Below are positions 47,896 to 58,041 of a stretch of 64,000 bases of DNA, one piece after another. This DNA comes from Candidatus Spongiisociaceae bacterium (lineage in GTDB: Bacteria > Actinomycetota > Acidimicrobiia > Spongiisociales > Spongiisociaceae), in the NCBI GenBank assembly GCA_965202665.1, contig OZ241841.1, positions 123,646-187,645 of the forward strand. Reading direction: 5' to 3'. A program made the position numbers and the translations under genes. The notes under the pieces were generated by a model, which did no database searches, had not been told where the DNA came from, and saw only the letters and a list, made by a program, of their open reading frames with translations. How positions within the stretch are numbered: position 1 is the stretch's first letter; each line of letters opens with the position of its first letter.

Positions 47896-48401
47896 AAGAG
47901 CAGGGCCCGGCGCGGGGGCCGGGCGCGCACCCAGCGGTTGGCCAGCGGAATCATGACCAGCCCCAGAATAACGTTGTAGACGGGAACCAACAACAGGGTG
48001 GGGATGATCTCCGGCGAACCCAAAGTCCCCTCCCCGAACAGGGTCCCCACCAGGGCCACGATGAAAACCCCCAGCAGGGACAGCAGGGCCGCCCCCGCCA
48101 GCTGGTAGCCGACCCCGTAATTCATGCGGGGGGCGGCCCGCACCGTGGCGAAAGCCACCAGGGTGGCGGCCATGGCCTGCAGTCCCAAGGGGGCGGTCCC
48201 CGACAGGTCGATGAGCAACCCGCCGATGAAGCCCAGCAGCACCGCCGCCTCCCCCCGCAGGTGGTAGGAGCAGGCGATGACCGCCAGCAATACCAGGTCG
48301 GGGCCCACCCCGGCGGGCCGCAGCTGGGAGAACAGCGTGGTCTGCAAAAGGATGGCGGCCGCCGTCACCGCCGACGCCGCCAAAATCTGCTTTCCTTTCA
48401 C
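47892..48401 (-). CDS. mreD: rod shape-determining protein MreD
   Basis: The 169-aa polytopic membrane protein lies between mreC and mrdA. Confidence 0.75.
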   Translation of the reverse strand: MKGKQILAASAVTAAAILLQTTLFSQLRPAGVGPDLVLLAVIACSYHLRGEAAVLLGFIGGLLIDLSGTAPLGLQAMAATLVAFATVRAAPRMNYGVGYQLAGAALLSLLGVFIVALVGTLFGEGTLGSPEIIPTLLLVPVYNVILGLVMIPLANRWVRARPPRRALLL

Positions 48402-49366
48402 GGCCCCTCCCCCTCTTGGCCCGCCTCTTCCCCATCCGCTCCCGCAGCCGGCTCCCCCCCTTCGGTTTCCGGGACGGCCTCCCCCGCCGGCTGGGACGCC
48501 GCCCCCAGGCTTTCCTCCAGCTGGTCCGGGGAGGGCGGCCAGGGGATGACGGCCACGAATTCGGTGCGTTCCAGATCCACTAGGGGATCAACCGGCACCT
48601 GGATGGCCCCCGAGCGGGGGGAGGCGGATTCCCGCACCGTTCCCACCGCCAGCCCCTTCGGGTAAGAGTCGGAGGCCCCGTAGGGACCGAACGTCTCCAG
48701 GTAGTCGCCCGCCCACACCGGGGCGGTGGCGTTCAGCACCGACAGGAGCAACCGTCCCGCCCCCTGGCCCTCCACCACCCCCCGCCGCCCGTCGGAGAGA
48801 CGCACGGTGATGCCCGGCGCCCGCCGGGAAGTGAGGGGGATGACCGCGGCCCCCGCCTCCGAAACTTCGGCCACCACGCCCAGCAGGGCCCCTTGCGCGT
48901 CCACTACCGGCTGCCCTTCCTGCACCCCGTCCCGCGTCCCCTTGTCGATGATGTAGGAGCGGTCCAGGGCCCCCGCCCGCCCGGTGATCTCGGCGCTGAC
49001 CGCCGTCTCCTGCAGGTCGTCGGCCAGTTGCAAACCGAGCAGGGCCTCCAGTTCGGACACCCGCGACCGCAGATGGGGCGCCTGGGAAGTTTCCCGTTCC
49101 AACTCCGCGATGCGCTCCCGCAGGCGCTGGTTCTCCGAGCGGAGGCCCGCCAAGTTGGCCAGGCCGCCGGCGAAGTCAAAAACCGGATCCACCACCGCGT
49201 TCACCGCCGACTGGATGGGGGACAGCACCGTCTGCAGGCCGTCCCGCATCGTGCCGCCCACCCCCCGGCTGGAGGATCGTATGTCGAAGGTCATCAGCAA
49301 CAGGGCGGCCGCCACCAGGACGACGGTGGCCAGCGCGGCGCGGTTGTCGGTAAAACGGGGAACCAT
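48398..49366 (-). CDS. mreC: rod shape-determining protein MreC
   Basis: An N-terminal TM and a coiled-coil (ENQRLRERIAELE) are followed by beta-barrel domains. The tail is Pro/Glu/Gly-rich. Confidence 0.85.
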   Translation of the reverse strand: MVPRFTDNRAALATVVLVAAALLLMTFDIRSSSRGVGGTMRDGLQTVLSPIQSAVNAVVDPVFDFAGGLANLAGLRSENQRLRERIAELERETSQAPHLRSRVSELEALLGLQLADDLQETAVSAEITGRAGALDRSYIIDKGTRDGVQEGQPVVDAQGALLGVVAEVSEAGAAVIPLTSRRAPGITVRLSDGRRGVVEGQGAGRLLLSVLNATAPVWAGDYLETFGPYGASDSYPKGLAVGTVRESASPRSGAIQVPVDPLVDLERTEFVAVIPWPPSPDQLEESLGAASQPAGEAVPETEGGEPAAGADGEEAGQEGEGP

Positions 49367-49401
49367 TTCACACCCCCGGCGGCGAGTGCAGGTCCCCTAT
49401 T

Positions 49402-50433
49402 CTACGGTCGGTTGGAAGTGTCAAGCACCGAATTCAGCACCTCGAACTCTTCGAGGCATTTCCCCGATCCGATCACCACCGACTGCAACGGCCGTTCCGC
49501 CACCACCACCGGCATATGGGTTTCGTAGTTGAGGCGGTGATCCAGCGACTTGAGCAAAGCCCCGCCCCCGGTCAGCACGATCCCGCTGTCCAACAGGTCG
49601 GCCGCCAACTCGGGCGGAGTGTGATCCAGGGTCTGGGTGACCGCATCCACTATGGAGGACACCGGCTCCTCCAAAGCGGCCCGCACCTCCTCCGAGGAAA
49701 GGTAGATGGTCTTGGGCAGGCCCGATTCGTAGTCGCGGCCCCGCACCTCCACCGCCGGTTCGTCCTTGTAGGGGTAGGCGGATCCGATGGTCATTTTGAT
49801 CTGTTCGGCGGTGCGGTCCCCCAAAGCCAGGTTGTGCTCTTTGCGCACCCAGTCCACTATCCGCTCGTCCATTTCGTCCCCTCCCACCCGCACGCTTTTT
49901 TTGGCCACCACCCCCCCCAGGGAGATGACCGCCACTTCGGTGGTGCCGCCCCCGATGTCCACCACCATGGAACCGAGCGGCTCGTGCACCGGCAGGCCGC
50001 ATCCGATGGCGGCCGCCATCGGCTCTTCGATGGTGTAGGCCCGCCGCGCCCCGGCGTGATAGGCGGCTTCCTCCACCGCCCGCCGTTCCACCCCGGTGAT
50101 GCCGGAGGGGACGCAGATGACGATGCGGGGCTTGGCCCAGCGCCGCCGGTGCACCTTCTGTATGAAATAGCGCAACATTCGCTCGGTGATGTCGAAGTCG
50201 GCGATCACCCCGTCCCGCAAAGGGCGGATGGCCTTCACATATTCCGGGGTGCGCCCGATCATCCGTTTGGCGTCCATCCCCACCGCCAAGGCCTTGGAGG
50301 TGCGGGTGTCGATGGCCACCACCGACGGCTCGTTCAACACCACCCCCCGGTTGCGCACGTACACCAGGGTGTTGGCGGTGCCCAGGTCAATGGCCATGTC
50401 CTGCCCGACGAAGAAAATGGAATTATCGGCCAA
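49402..50433 (-). CDS. mreB: rod shape-determining actin homologue MreB
   Basis: DLGTANTLVY, VVDIGGGTTEVAV and GIVLTGGGALL are present. Confidence 0.95.
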   Translation of the reverse strand: MADNSIFFVGQDMAIDLGTANTLVYVRNRGVVLNEPSVVAIDTRTSKALAVGMDAKRMIGRTPEYVKAIRPLRDGVIADFDITERMLRYFIQKVHRRRWAKPRIVICVPSGITGVERRAVEEAAYHAGARRAYTIEEPMAAAIGCGLPVHEPLGSMVVDIGGGTTEVAVISLGGVVAKKSVRVGGDEMDERIVDWVRKEHNLALGDRTAEQIKMTIGSAYPYKDEPAVEVRGRDYESGLPKTIYLSSEEVRAALEEPVSSIVDAVTQTLDHTPPELAADLLDSGIVLTGGGALLKSLDHRLNYETHMPVVVAERPLQSVVIGSGKCLEEFEVLNSVLDTSNRP

Positions 50434-50561
50434 GCCGAACCTCGGATCTGATAGCGGTCACGAACATTCTACCCTATATTCCCCGCTCCGGCTAACCGGC
50501 GGTTCCCAGGGAAAAAAGGGGCCTGATAAGCATTTTTTTCCCATTCTGGGCCGTAATCGGC

Positions 50562-50984
50562 TCAACCGTCCTCCCCGCCGGCCGGGAACCAGACCGCCAA
50601 CTCCCGTTCGGCGCTGGCCGGGCTGTCAGAGCCGTGCACCAGGTTTTCCTGCACATCCAACCCGAAGTCGCCCCGGATGGTGCCCGGGGCGGCCAGCACC
50701 GGATCGGTGGGCCCCATCAGGGCGCGGGCGGCGGCCACCGCCGACGGCCCCGACCATTGCATGGCCACCACCGGACCGGAGGTTATGAACTCCAACAGCG
50801 ACTCGTAGAAGGGCTTCCCCAGGTGTTCGGCGTAATGGGCGGCCGCCGCGTCCGGGTCGGGGAGGCGCATCTCCATCCGTTCCAAACGGAGGCCTTTCCC
50901 CTCCATTCGGGAAATTATTTCCCCCACCAGCCGGCGGCGCACTCCGTCCGGTTTGACCATTATGAAAGTACGTTCCGCGTTCAT
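50562..50984 (-). CDS. ndk: nucleoside diphosphate kinase
   Basis: [12 protein letters not shown] and NLVHGSDS are present. Confidence 0.95.
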   Translation of the reverse strand: MNAERTFIMVKPDGVRRRLVGEIISRMEGKGLRLERMEMRLPDPDAAAAHYAEHLGKPFYESLLEFITSGPVVAMQWSGPSAVAAARALMGPTDPVLAAPGTIRGDFGLDVQENLVHGSDSPASAERELAVWFPAGGEDG

Positions 50985-51041
50985 GCGACTCGCTTTCCCT
51001 TGTTGCTTTCCGGCTTCTATCGCCGCCCGGCGGCCGACATC

Positions 51042-52388
51042 CTACGGCCGGCGCAGGTGGGCGCGGGCCTCGCCCGCTACGTACAGGGAGCCGAACACCA
51101 ACACCGCCTCCTGCGAGCCGCCCGTCTCGGCCAATGCCCGCTCCAAGGCGGCCGCCACCGTCTCCTCGGATGCCACCGGGCGGCCGGGGAGGGCCCGTTC
51201 CAAAACGGACATCACCTCGGCGGGGGGCAACGCCCGGGGATTGTCCGCCGCGGTGGCCACCGCCCGAACGGCCATCTCCCCGTACGGCTCCAGCATAGCA
51301 GGCAGGTCCTTGTCGGCCATCGCCCCCACCACCAACGTCCACTCCAGGCTGGGCGTTTCCTCCTGCAAAGCGGCCGCCAACCCGGCCGCGGCCTGCGGGT
51401 TGTGGGCGCCGTCGATGATGACGAGCGGCTCGCGGCCCGCCGCCTCCATCCGGCCCGGAACCCGCACCGACTCCAATCCGCGCCGCACCTCCTCCTCCGG
51501 CAACTCCCGTCCCAGCATCTCTTCCACCGCCGCCACCGCCACCGCCGCGTTCACCGTCTGATAACGGCCCCGCAAGGGCAGGAACAGGTTCGGGTAGAAG
51601 CCGTAAACCCCCTCCAGGTCCATGTGCCAGCCTCCCACCGCCATCCGCGTCTCCCCCAAGCGGAAATCACGCAGGTAGGCCGACCAGCGGGCCCGGCGGA
51701 GGGCGGCGGTCTCCCCGGCCAGAACCTCCGCCTCCTCCGGAAGGGGGCCGGTGACCAGGGCCGAATCCGGTTCCACTATCGCCAGTTTTTCGCCCGCGAT
51801 CTGGGAGATTCCCTCCCCCAGATGTTCGGTGTGGTCCAGCCCCGCCCCGGTGAGTACCGCCACTTCCCCTGCAACTGCGTTGGTGGCGTCCAAGCGCCCT
51901 CCCATGCCGACTTCCACCGCCGCCGCGTCCACCGCCGTCCCCGCGAAGAAGGCGAAGGCGGCGGCGGTGGCCAGCTCAAAATAGGTGGGGCGCTCCCCGG
52001 TTTCGGCTTCCAACAAATCGGCGAACGGGGCCACGTCGGCCACGGCCTGCGCGAAGTCCTCCGGCGAGGCGGTTTCCCCGCCCGCCCCGTATCGTTCTTC
52101 CACGCGCTCCAGATGGGGGGAAATGTAGGAACCGGATTTCAAGCCGAGGGCTTCGATGACGGCCGCCGCCATCAGGGTTACGCTGGTTTTCCCGTTGGTG
52201 CCGGCCACGTGAATGATCGGGTAGCCGCGCTGGGGCGACCCCATCATCTCCAGCAACCGGCTGATTCGCTCCAAGCCCGGCCGCCAGCCCAGGCCGATGT
52301 GGCGATTCAGAAAGGAGACCGCTTGCGCGTAGTCCGTGGCGTACCTCCCCGCGGCGAATGGACGGCGCGGTGGGCGCCGCCTCCCCAT
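51042..52388 (-). CDS. folC: bifunctional folylpolyglutamate synthase / dihydrofolate synthase
   Basis: The Mur-ligase P-loop is HVAGTNGKTS, followed by ISPHL. The start codon is uncertain. Confidence 0.85.
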   Translation of the reverse strand: MGRRRPPRRPFAAGRYATDYAQAVSFLNRHIGLGWRPGLERISRLLEMMGSPQRGYPIIHVAGTNGKTSVTLMAAAVIEALGLKSGSYISPHLERVEERYGAGGETASPEDFAQAVADVAPFADLLEAETGERPTYFELATAAAFAFFAGTAVDAAAVEVGMGGRLDATNAVAGEVAVLTGAGLDHTEHLGEGISQIAGEKLAIVEPDSALVTGPLPEEAEVLAGETAALRRARWSAYLRDFRLGETRMAVGGWHMDLEGVYGFYPNLFLPLRGRYQTVNAAVAVAAVEEMLGRELPEEEVRRGLESVRVPGRMEAAGREPLVIIDGAHNPQAAAGLAAALQEETPSLEWTLVVGAMADKDLPAMLEPYGEMAVRAVATAADNPRALPPAEVMSVLERALPGRPVASEETVAAALERALAETGGSQEAVLVFGSLYVAGEARAHLRRP

Positions 52389-52496
52389 TCTAGGAAAATC
52401 GCGTCCGCCCAGCCGGTCGGGCCTTTAGCCGAGGCGCCAACGGGGTATTCTTGGGCTTTACGCACAACCCGGACGTTTCGAGCGAGGAGGAAAACC

Positions 52497-53549
52497 GTGA
52501 ACTTGTTGGAAGGGGTTTCGGCGCGCATGGTGGAGACTTCCCGGTTGCGCACCCATGTTTACGAGTCGGGGCCGGAGGATGGGGTTCCGGTGCTGATGAT
52601 CCACGGCAACCTGTCCACCGGGCGGTTCTTCGAGCATCTGTGGCCGTCGGCCCCCGGCCATTACCGGTTCATCGCCCCCGATATGCGCTCCTTCGGACGT
52701 TCGGAGAGCAAGCCGATCTACGCCGCGCGCGGTTTGCGCGACTGGTCGGACGACGCCGCCGCCCTGGTGATGGCCTTGGAAATCGAAGACCCGGTTCATC
52801 TGGTGGGCTGGTCCACCGGCGGGGCTGCCGCCGCCTGCTACGCCCTGGACTTCCCCGCCTACTCCCTCACCCTCATCGACCCGGTTTCCCCCTACGGGTT
52901 CGGAGGTTGCCGCCGGGACGGAACCCCCTGCTTCCCGGACTGGGCCGGAACCGGCGGCGGGGCCGGCAACCCGGAGTTCACCGAACGGCTGGCGGCCGGC
53001 GACCGCACCGCCGAAGGCCAGGTTTCCCCCCGCAATGTGATGAACGGCTTTTACTGGTCCCCCGAACATCGGGAACCGCCGGAACGGGAGGATGTTCTGC
53101 TGGATGAAATGTTGCTGTCGGTCACCGGCGACGACGGCTACCCGGGCGACTCCTCCCCCTCCGGCAACTGGCCGGGGATGGCCCCGGGAAGCAGGGGCAT
53201 ACTCAACGCCTTGTCCGGCAAATACTGCAACTGGTCGGACATCACCGGCATCGAATTGAAACCGCCCATCCTGTGGACGCACGGCGCGGACGATCTGGTT
53301 ATCGCCGACGGATCCCCCTGGGAGATGGGAACCCTGGGGCAACTGGGGGCGATCCCGGGCTGGCCGGGCGAAGAGGCCTTTCCGCCCCAGCCGATGGTGT
53401 CCCAAATCGGCGACGTGCTCGACGAATACGAGCAGGAGGGCGGAGAGGTGGTGCGGGAAATGTTCGACGGCTCCGGACACGCCCCCCACATAGACGCCGC
53501 CCAAAAATGGTCCGAGGTCTTCTTCGAATTCCTCGACACCGCCGTATAA
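52497..53549 (+). CDS. alpha/beta hydrolase fold protein
   Basis: This is the C-terminal 350 aa of a 971-aa chimeric ORF. The oxyanion region is VLMIHGN, the nucleophile elbow is GWSTGG and a C-terminal GSGHAPH is present. GTG 52497 lies 6 nt after GAGGAGG. Confidence 0.6.
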   Translation: MNLLEGVSARMVETSRLRTHVYESGPEDGVPVLMIHGNLSTGRFFEHLWPSAPGHYRFIAPDMRSFGRSESKPIYAARGLRDWSDDAAALVMALEIEDPVHLVGWSTGGAAAACYALDFPAYSLTLIDPVSPYGFGGCRRDGTPCFPDWAGTGGGAGNPEFTERLAAGDRTAEGQVSPRNVMNGFYWSPEHREPPEREDVLLDEMLLSVTGDDGYPGDSSPSGNWPGMAPGSRGILNALSGKYCNWSDITGIELKPPILWTHGADDLVIADGSPWEMGTLGQLGAIPGWPGEEAFPPQPMVSQIGDVLDEYEQEGGEVVREMFDGSGHAPHIDAAQKWSEVFFEFLDTAV

Positions 53550-53558
53550 ACCCGCTGG

Positions 53559-53630
<72 letters not shown>

Positions 53631-53697
53631 CGGCGCCGGGGATTCAGTATAACGGAGCGAACGAGGGCCAAGCGCGATGCGGGCGACGGCCGACCGC

Positions 53698-53774
53698 TGG
53701 TCGGGCTGGTCGGATTTGAACCGACGGCCTCCTGCTCCCAAAGCAGGCGCGCTGCCAAGCTGCGCCACAGCCCG
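53698..53774 (-). tRNA. tRNA-Pro (anticodon TGG)
   Basis: The acceptor is CGGGCTG/CAGCCCG, the anticodon stem is CCTGC/GCAGG with loop TTTGGGA, and the T loop is TTCAAAT. The 3' CCA is encoded. Confidence 0.85.
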
Positions 53775-53846
53775 ATGTCTTATAACCTATAACCGGCTGA
53801 ACGGCGCCTCCCAGTCTAGGCGTCCGCCGTCCTGCGGGGAGGTTAG

Positions 53847-53931
53847 TGCGGGCGGGGGGATTCGAACCCCCACGGGCTTCGGCCCACCAGGACCTAAACC
53901 TGGCGCGTCTACCTGATTCCGCCACACCCGC
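53847..53931 (-). tRNA. tRNA-Leu (anticodon TAG), long variable arm
   Basis: The acceptor is GCGGGTG/CGCCCGC, the anticodon stem is CCAGG/CCTGG with loop TTTAGGT, the variable arm is GGGCCGAAGCCC and the T loop is TTCGAAT. CCA is not encoded. Confidence 0.85.
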
Positions 53932-53966
53932 GTTCTCGCCGACCGCGGCCGCGCGCAGACAACCGG

Positions 53967-54041
<75 letters not shown>

Positions 54042-54087
54042 GGGGCCATCCTACACCATCAGCAACCCCCTCCGGTCGCATCCGCCC

Positions 54088-55281
54088 CTAACTTTCCTTA
54101 ACCGGACCGGGCCGGGCGGCGGCTCCGAACAGGACCAGCGCCCCCCCGGCGGCGTACAAGCCGGTCACGGTCAGCCAGCCGGGCAGGTAACTCCCCCAGA
54201 CGTCCACCGACAAGCCGAACAGCGGAGCCCCCACCCCCAGCCCGCACAGAAATCCCAGCAACACCAGCCCGGTGCCCTGGCCGGCCCGGGCGGAGGGCAT
54301 GACTTGGATGACGGTCAGCATGGCCACCGCGTTCCAAGCCACCGCCCCCAGGCCGGCCAAAGCGGACGCCGTCATAATCGCCGTCGCCCCCAAAGCGGGG
54401 GCCGCCGCCAAAAGCAACCCGCCCGCCACCGCCAGCCCGGGCAGGAGGATCAACATGCTGCGGGGGCTCAGATAGCGTTCGGCGGCCACCGAGGATAGAA
54501 TCCGCGAGCTCATCCCGCACACCCCCAGCACCGCCATCGCCGCCCCGGCGAAGGTGGCTGAAAACGACAGCTCCTCTTCGGCGTAGAGGGGGAGATAGGT
54601 CATGATGGATGTGGTGCCCATTCCCAGCAGGAAGGCGTAGGCCGCCAAAAGTTTCACCAGCGGCGGCAACCCGTCCCCGGAGGCGGGGCGTTCCCCGGCC
54701 GGGGCCGCCTCCCGTTCCCGGTCGGGGGGGATGCAGGCCAGGCCCACCGCCAAAGTAAGCAGGGGAAACAGGGTGCAGGCGGTCACCGCCCACCGCCACC
54801 CCCAGGCCATCATCGCCGGAGGCAGGACCAGCCCGGAAATCACCGCCCCGAACTGGACGCCGGACTGTTTCAGGCCGGTGATGACCCCCTGATGGCCGAA
54901 AGAGGAATGTTCGGAGATCAGTTTGTTGGTGGACGGATTAACCGCCGCGTTGGACAGGGCGCTCACCGCCGCCGGAACGAACAGGAACAGGTAGGAGAAA
55001 GCCCCGGCGGTGAGCAGGATGGCGGAGGCCCCCACCAGGATGCTGATCAGGGCCGCCCGCCGCGGCCCGATCCGGTCGGTCCACCGGCCCGCCCAAGGGG
55101 AGCACAACCCGCCCATCAGCGAAGAAACCGAGGACAGGAGCCCCACCTGCCACCGGTGAATGGAGAACTCTTCTATCAGGTTGGGGGCGAGGATGCCCAG
55201 CATGACCAGGGCGTAGGTGCCGGAGGTCATAATGGCGGGCAGGGAAAACCAGAAACCGAACTTTTTCAGGGATGCGGGCAT
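54088..55281 (-). CDS. MFS transporter
   Basis: The 397-aa protein has about 12 hydrophobic segments. An MFS loop motif (GRWTDRIGPRR) lies between TM2 and TM3. Confidence 0.7.
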   Translation of the reverse strand: MPASLKKFGFWFSLPAIMTSGTYALVMLGILAPNLIEEFSIHRWQVGLLSSVSSLMGGLCSPWAGRWTDRIGPRRAALISILVGASAILLTAGAFSYLFLFVPAAVSALSNAAVNPSTNKLISEHSSFGHQGVITGLKQSGVQFGAVISGLVLPPAMMAWGWRWAVTACTLFPLLTLAVGLACIPPDREREAAPAGERPASGDGLPPLVKLLAAYAFLLGMGTTSIMTYLPLYAEEELSFSATFAGAAMAVLGVCGMSSRILSSVAAERYLSPRSMLILLPGLAVAGGLLLAAAPALGATAIMTASALAGLGAVAWNAVAMLTVIQVMPSARAGQGTGLVLLGFLCGLGVGAPLFGLSVDVWGSYLPGWLTVTGLYAAGGALVLFGAAARPGPVKES

Positions 55282-55291
55282 AACGGCGGAC

Positions 55292-56017
55292 TCAACCCGC
55301 CCGGTAGGCGGCCCGTATCGCCGCCGCCTGCTCGTCGGACAGCCGCTTGACCGCTTCCCGCACCGTCACCCCCGACGCCCGGCCCGCCCGGGGCAGCAGC
55401 CACTCAAACACCATATCCGGACGCAGACGGGCGGCGTCCCGCAACACCCAGCCGATCGCCTTGCGGATGAAAAACTCCCGTTCGGGCAACATGCGGTCGG
55501 CCAGGGAGGCGAACCGCTCCCACTCCCCCCTACCGGCCCGCAACCCTTTCAGATGGGACAGCAAGGCCGCCCGCCGCATCCAGAAATCATCGTCCGCCCC
55601 CCAACGTTCCACCACCCGGTCGGCGTCGGGGAGGCGCTCCAACAGCGGCCCGGCGGCGTGCACCGCCAGATTGTCCAGCAAAACCCAGGTTCGCGACTCC
55701 CGCAGCATCCGCTCCACCGCCGGCAAAGCGGACGGCTCCAGAAGCGGTTCTTTCATTCGGAGCAGGACGGCGGCCGCGGCCCGCATTTCGTGCACCGGCC
55801 GCTCCCACAAAGCCCGGGCCGCCCCCAGCGCGTCCCGCTGGGAGTCGAATCCGAACTGCTTGCTCCACTTTTTCACCGAACGGGCGATGTGCGGAACGGG
55901 AACCCCGTAATGGAGCAGCGAACTTTTCAAATAGCCTTTTTCGAACTCGGCCCGTTCCGCCCCGCCCAAATCCCGCAGAACGGCTTCCAGTTGCGCGGCC
56001 GCCTCCCCGTAGTCCAT
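55292..56017 (-). CDS. DNA alkylation repair protein (AlkD-like HEAT-repeat glycosylase family)
   Basis: ...FEKGYLKSSLLHYGVPVP..., ...DDFWMRRAAL... and ...EFFIRKAIGWVLR... follow the pattern of the DNA_alkylation family. Confidence 0.65.
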   Translation of the reverse strand: MDYGEAAAQLEAVLRDLGGAERAEFEKGYLKSSLLHYGVPVPHIARSVKKWSKQFGFDSQRDALGAARALWERPVHEMRAAAAVLLRMKEPLLEPSALPAVERMLRESRTWVLLDNLAVHAAGPLLERLPDADRVVERWGADDDFWMRRAALLSHLKGLRAGRGEWERFASLADRMLPEREFFIRKAIGWVLRDAARLRPDMVFEWLLPRAGRASGVTVREAVKRLSDEQAAAIRAAYRAG

Positions 56018-56066
56018 GGCCCGCCCCTTTACCGGGCGCCGGAGGGGGTTCCGTCCGGGGCGGGAC

Positions 56067-56768
56067 TCACAGGCCGCTCAACCGGCCCAACGGCCATAGG
56101 CGCAGAAAAGCCCGTCCCACCACGTCGTCCAGCGGCACCGGACCGAACCGGCGGCTGTCGAAACTGTTGTTGCGGTTGTCCCCCATCACCCAAACGTGGC
56201 CCGCCGGTACGATCACCTCCCGCTGGTCGGCCATCGTGAAACCCGAATTCAAATACGATTCTTGGACGGGCGTCCCGTTCACCATCACCCGGTTGCCGCG
56301 GATGCCCACCCGGTCGCCCTCCACCGCGATGACCCGTTTGATTAAATCTTGGATGTCGCTGGTGCTCAGGCCCAGTGCCTCCAGGATGTTGCGTCGCACC
56401 GTCTGGAAAAAGGTTTCCTCCCGGGGCAGGGCGGACGGATCTTTGAAAACAATCACATCCCCCGGCCCCGGTTCGTCGAAGGTGAAGGCCACTTTGCTGA
56501 CCAGCACCCGTTCGTTGGCCCCCAAAGTGGGGAACATGGACAGGGTGGGAATGTAGAAAGCCTGCAGGAAAAAAGTTTTGATGATGATCACCAGCGCCAA
56601 AGCGGTTATCACCACCATCGTCACTTCCCGCAAAAACCGCAGGCAGCCGAAGCGGAGGCCCATTTCCGTCAAATCCTCCGGCGGCCCGGTTTCGTCCCGG
56701 GCGGCCCGCCTCGGAGGAGCGGGGGGCGGATCCGAGGGGGGGATGTGGGAATGGTCGATTATGGACAT
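56067..56768 (-). CDS. lepB: signal peptidase I
   Basis: A TM anchor is present. The catalytic Ser box is IPTLSMFPTL, followed by a Lys box, then GDNRNNSFDSR. Confidence 0.85.
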   Translation of the reverse strand: MSIIDHSHIPPSDPPPAPPRRAARDETGPPEDLTEMGLRFGCLRFLREVTMVVITALALVIIIKTFFLQAFYIPTLSMFPTLGANERVLVSKVAFTFDEPGPGDVIVFKDPSALPREETFFQTVRRNILEALGLSTSDIQDLIKRVIAVEGDRVGIRGNRVMVNGTPVQESYLNSGFTMADQREVIVPAGHVWVMGDNRNNSFDSRRFGPVPLDDVVGRAFLRLWPLGRLSGL

Positions 56769-56813
56769 CTTCGCGGGCTTTCCAGGACTTTCAGCCCGGC
56801 CGGGGAACGGGGA

Positions 56814-57155
56814 TCAGCGGCGCTCCTTGATGCGGGCCGCCCGCCCGGTCCTCTCCCGAAGATAGTACAGTTTGGCCCGGCGCACCGCCCCCCGCCGGGT
56901 CACCTCGATGCGGGAAATAATGGGAGCGTGCAACGGGAACACCCTTTCCACCCCGATCCCGAAACTGATTTTGCGGACGGTGAAAGTTTCCGACAATCCC
57001 CCTCCGTCCCGGGCGATCACCACCCCTTCGAACACCTGCACCCGTTCCCGGCCGCCTTCCACCACCCGCACATGCACCCGCAAATTGTCGCCCGGACCGA
57101 ATTCGGGTACGTCGTCGCGCAGGTGGGACCGCTCTACATGCTGGAGGTAGTTCAT
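56814..57155 (-). CDS. rplS: 50S ribosomal protein L19
   Basis: ...[30 protein letters not shown]... and ...RRAKLYYLR are present. Confidence 0.95.
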   Translation of the reverse strand: MNYLQHVERSHLRDDVPEFGPGDNLRVHVRVVEGGRERVQVFEGVVIARDGGGLSETFTVRKISFGIGVERVFPLHAPIISRIEVTRRGAVRRAKLYYLRERTGRAARIKERR

Positions 57156-57329
57156 GGGAGTTCCTTAGGCTTGGGGTTTAGATTATTAGCTTAATAGTCG
57201 GGCTGATAGTCCAACGGACGCAGTCGTTCACCCCGCGAAGATGTTAGTTCATCGGGGACGGAACCCCCATACTACCCCGTCCGCCCGTTTATCCGCCAAA
57301 TTTCCCGGCCGCGCCCCCGGTCGCCGAAC

Positions 57330-58004
57330 CTAGTCGGCGGACGGGAGCGGCAGGTCGGGGCGGCGGGCGGCGGTGCGCAACCGCCGTTGCTCCCTCCGCC
57401 AAGCGGCGATCCGGGCGTGGTCGCCGGACAGGAGAACTTCGGGAACCCGGCATCCCTCGAATTCGGCCGGGCGGGTGTACTGCGGCTCCTCCAGCAGGCC
57501 CTCCCGGAAGGATTCGGTGCGGACCGACTGCGGGTTGCCCAGCACCCCGGGCAACAGGCGGGCCGCCCCTTCGATGACGGCCGCCGCGGCCGCCTCCCCC
57601 CCGGCCAGCACGAAGTCGCCCAACGAAACCTCTTCGTCTATGTAGCCTTGCGCGAACCGCTCATCCACCCCCTCGTAACGTCCGCACACCAAAGTCAGGT
57701 TGCGGCTTTCGGCCCAATCATCCAGCGCCGCCTGGTCCAAAGGGCGGCCGGCGGGGGTGAGCAGCACCCGGCGGGAGTCCTCCCGTCCGGCCATGGCCGC
57801 CGCCAAAGGACCCGCCATCAGCACCATACCCGCCCCTCCTCCGAAAGGGGCGTCGTCCACCTGCCGGTGGGGGCCGACCCCGAACTCCCTCAGGTCGGCC
57901 AACTCCACCCGCAACGCCCCCGACCGGATCGCCTTGGCCGTCGCCCCCACCGCCAGCGGACCCTGGAAGAAAGCGGGGAAAAGGGTGACGACGCACACCC
58001 GCAT
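57330..58004 (-). CDS. trmD: tRNA (guanine37-N1)-methyltransferase
   Basis: MRVCVVTLFPAFF, DDAPFGGGAGMV and CGRYEGVDER are present. ATG is at 58004. Confidence 0.9.
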   Translation of the reverse strand: MRVCVVTLFPAFFQGPLAVGATAKAIRSGALRVELADLREFGVGPHRQVDDAPFGGGAGMVLMAGPLAAAMAGREDSRRVLLTPAGRPLDQAALDDWAESRNLTLVCGRYEGVDERFAQGYIDEEVSLGDFVLAGGEAAAAAVIEGAARLLPGVLGNPQSVRTESFREGLLEEPQYTRPAEFEGCRVPEVLLSGDHARIAAWRREQRRLRTAARRPDLPLPSAD

Positions 58005-58041
58005 AGGCTCCCCGCCCGCCGGGGGGGCGCCGGGGGCGGGA

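Noticed and set aside
57156-57329. A ribosomal-protein L19 leader RNA in the AT-richer 174-nt gap upstream of rplS.
   Set aside because: The known L19 leader is a Firmicutes motif, and I cannot recognise its helices by eye here. The gap may simply hold the rplS promoter.
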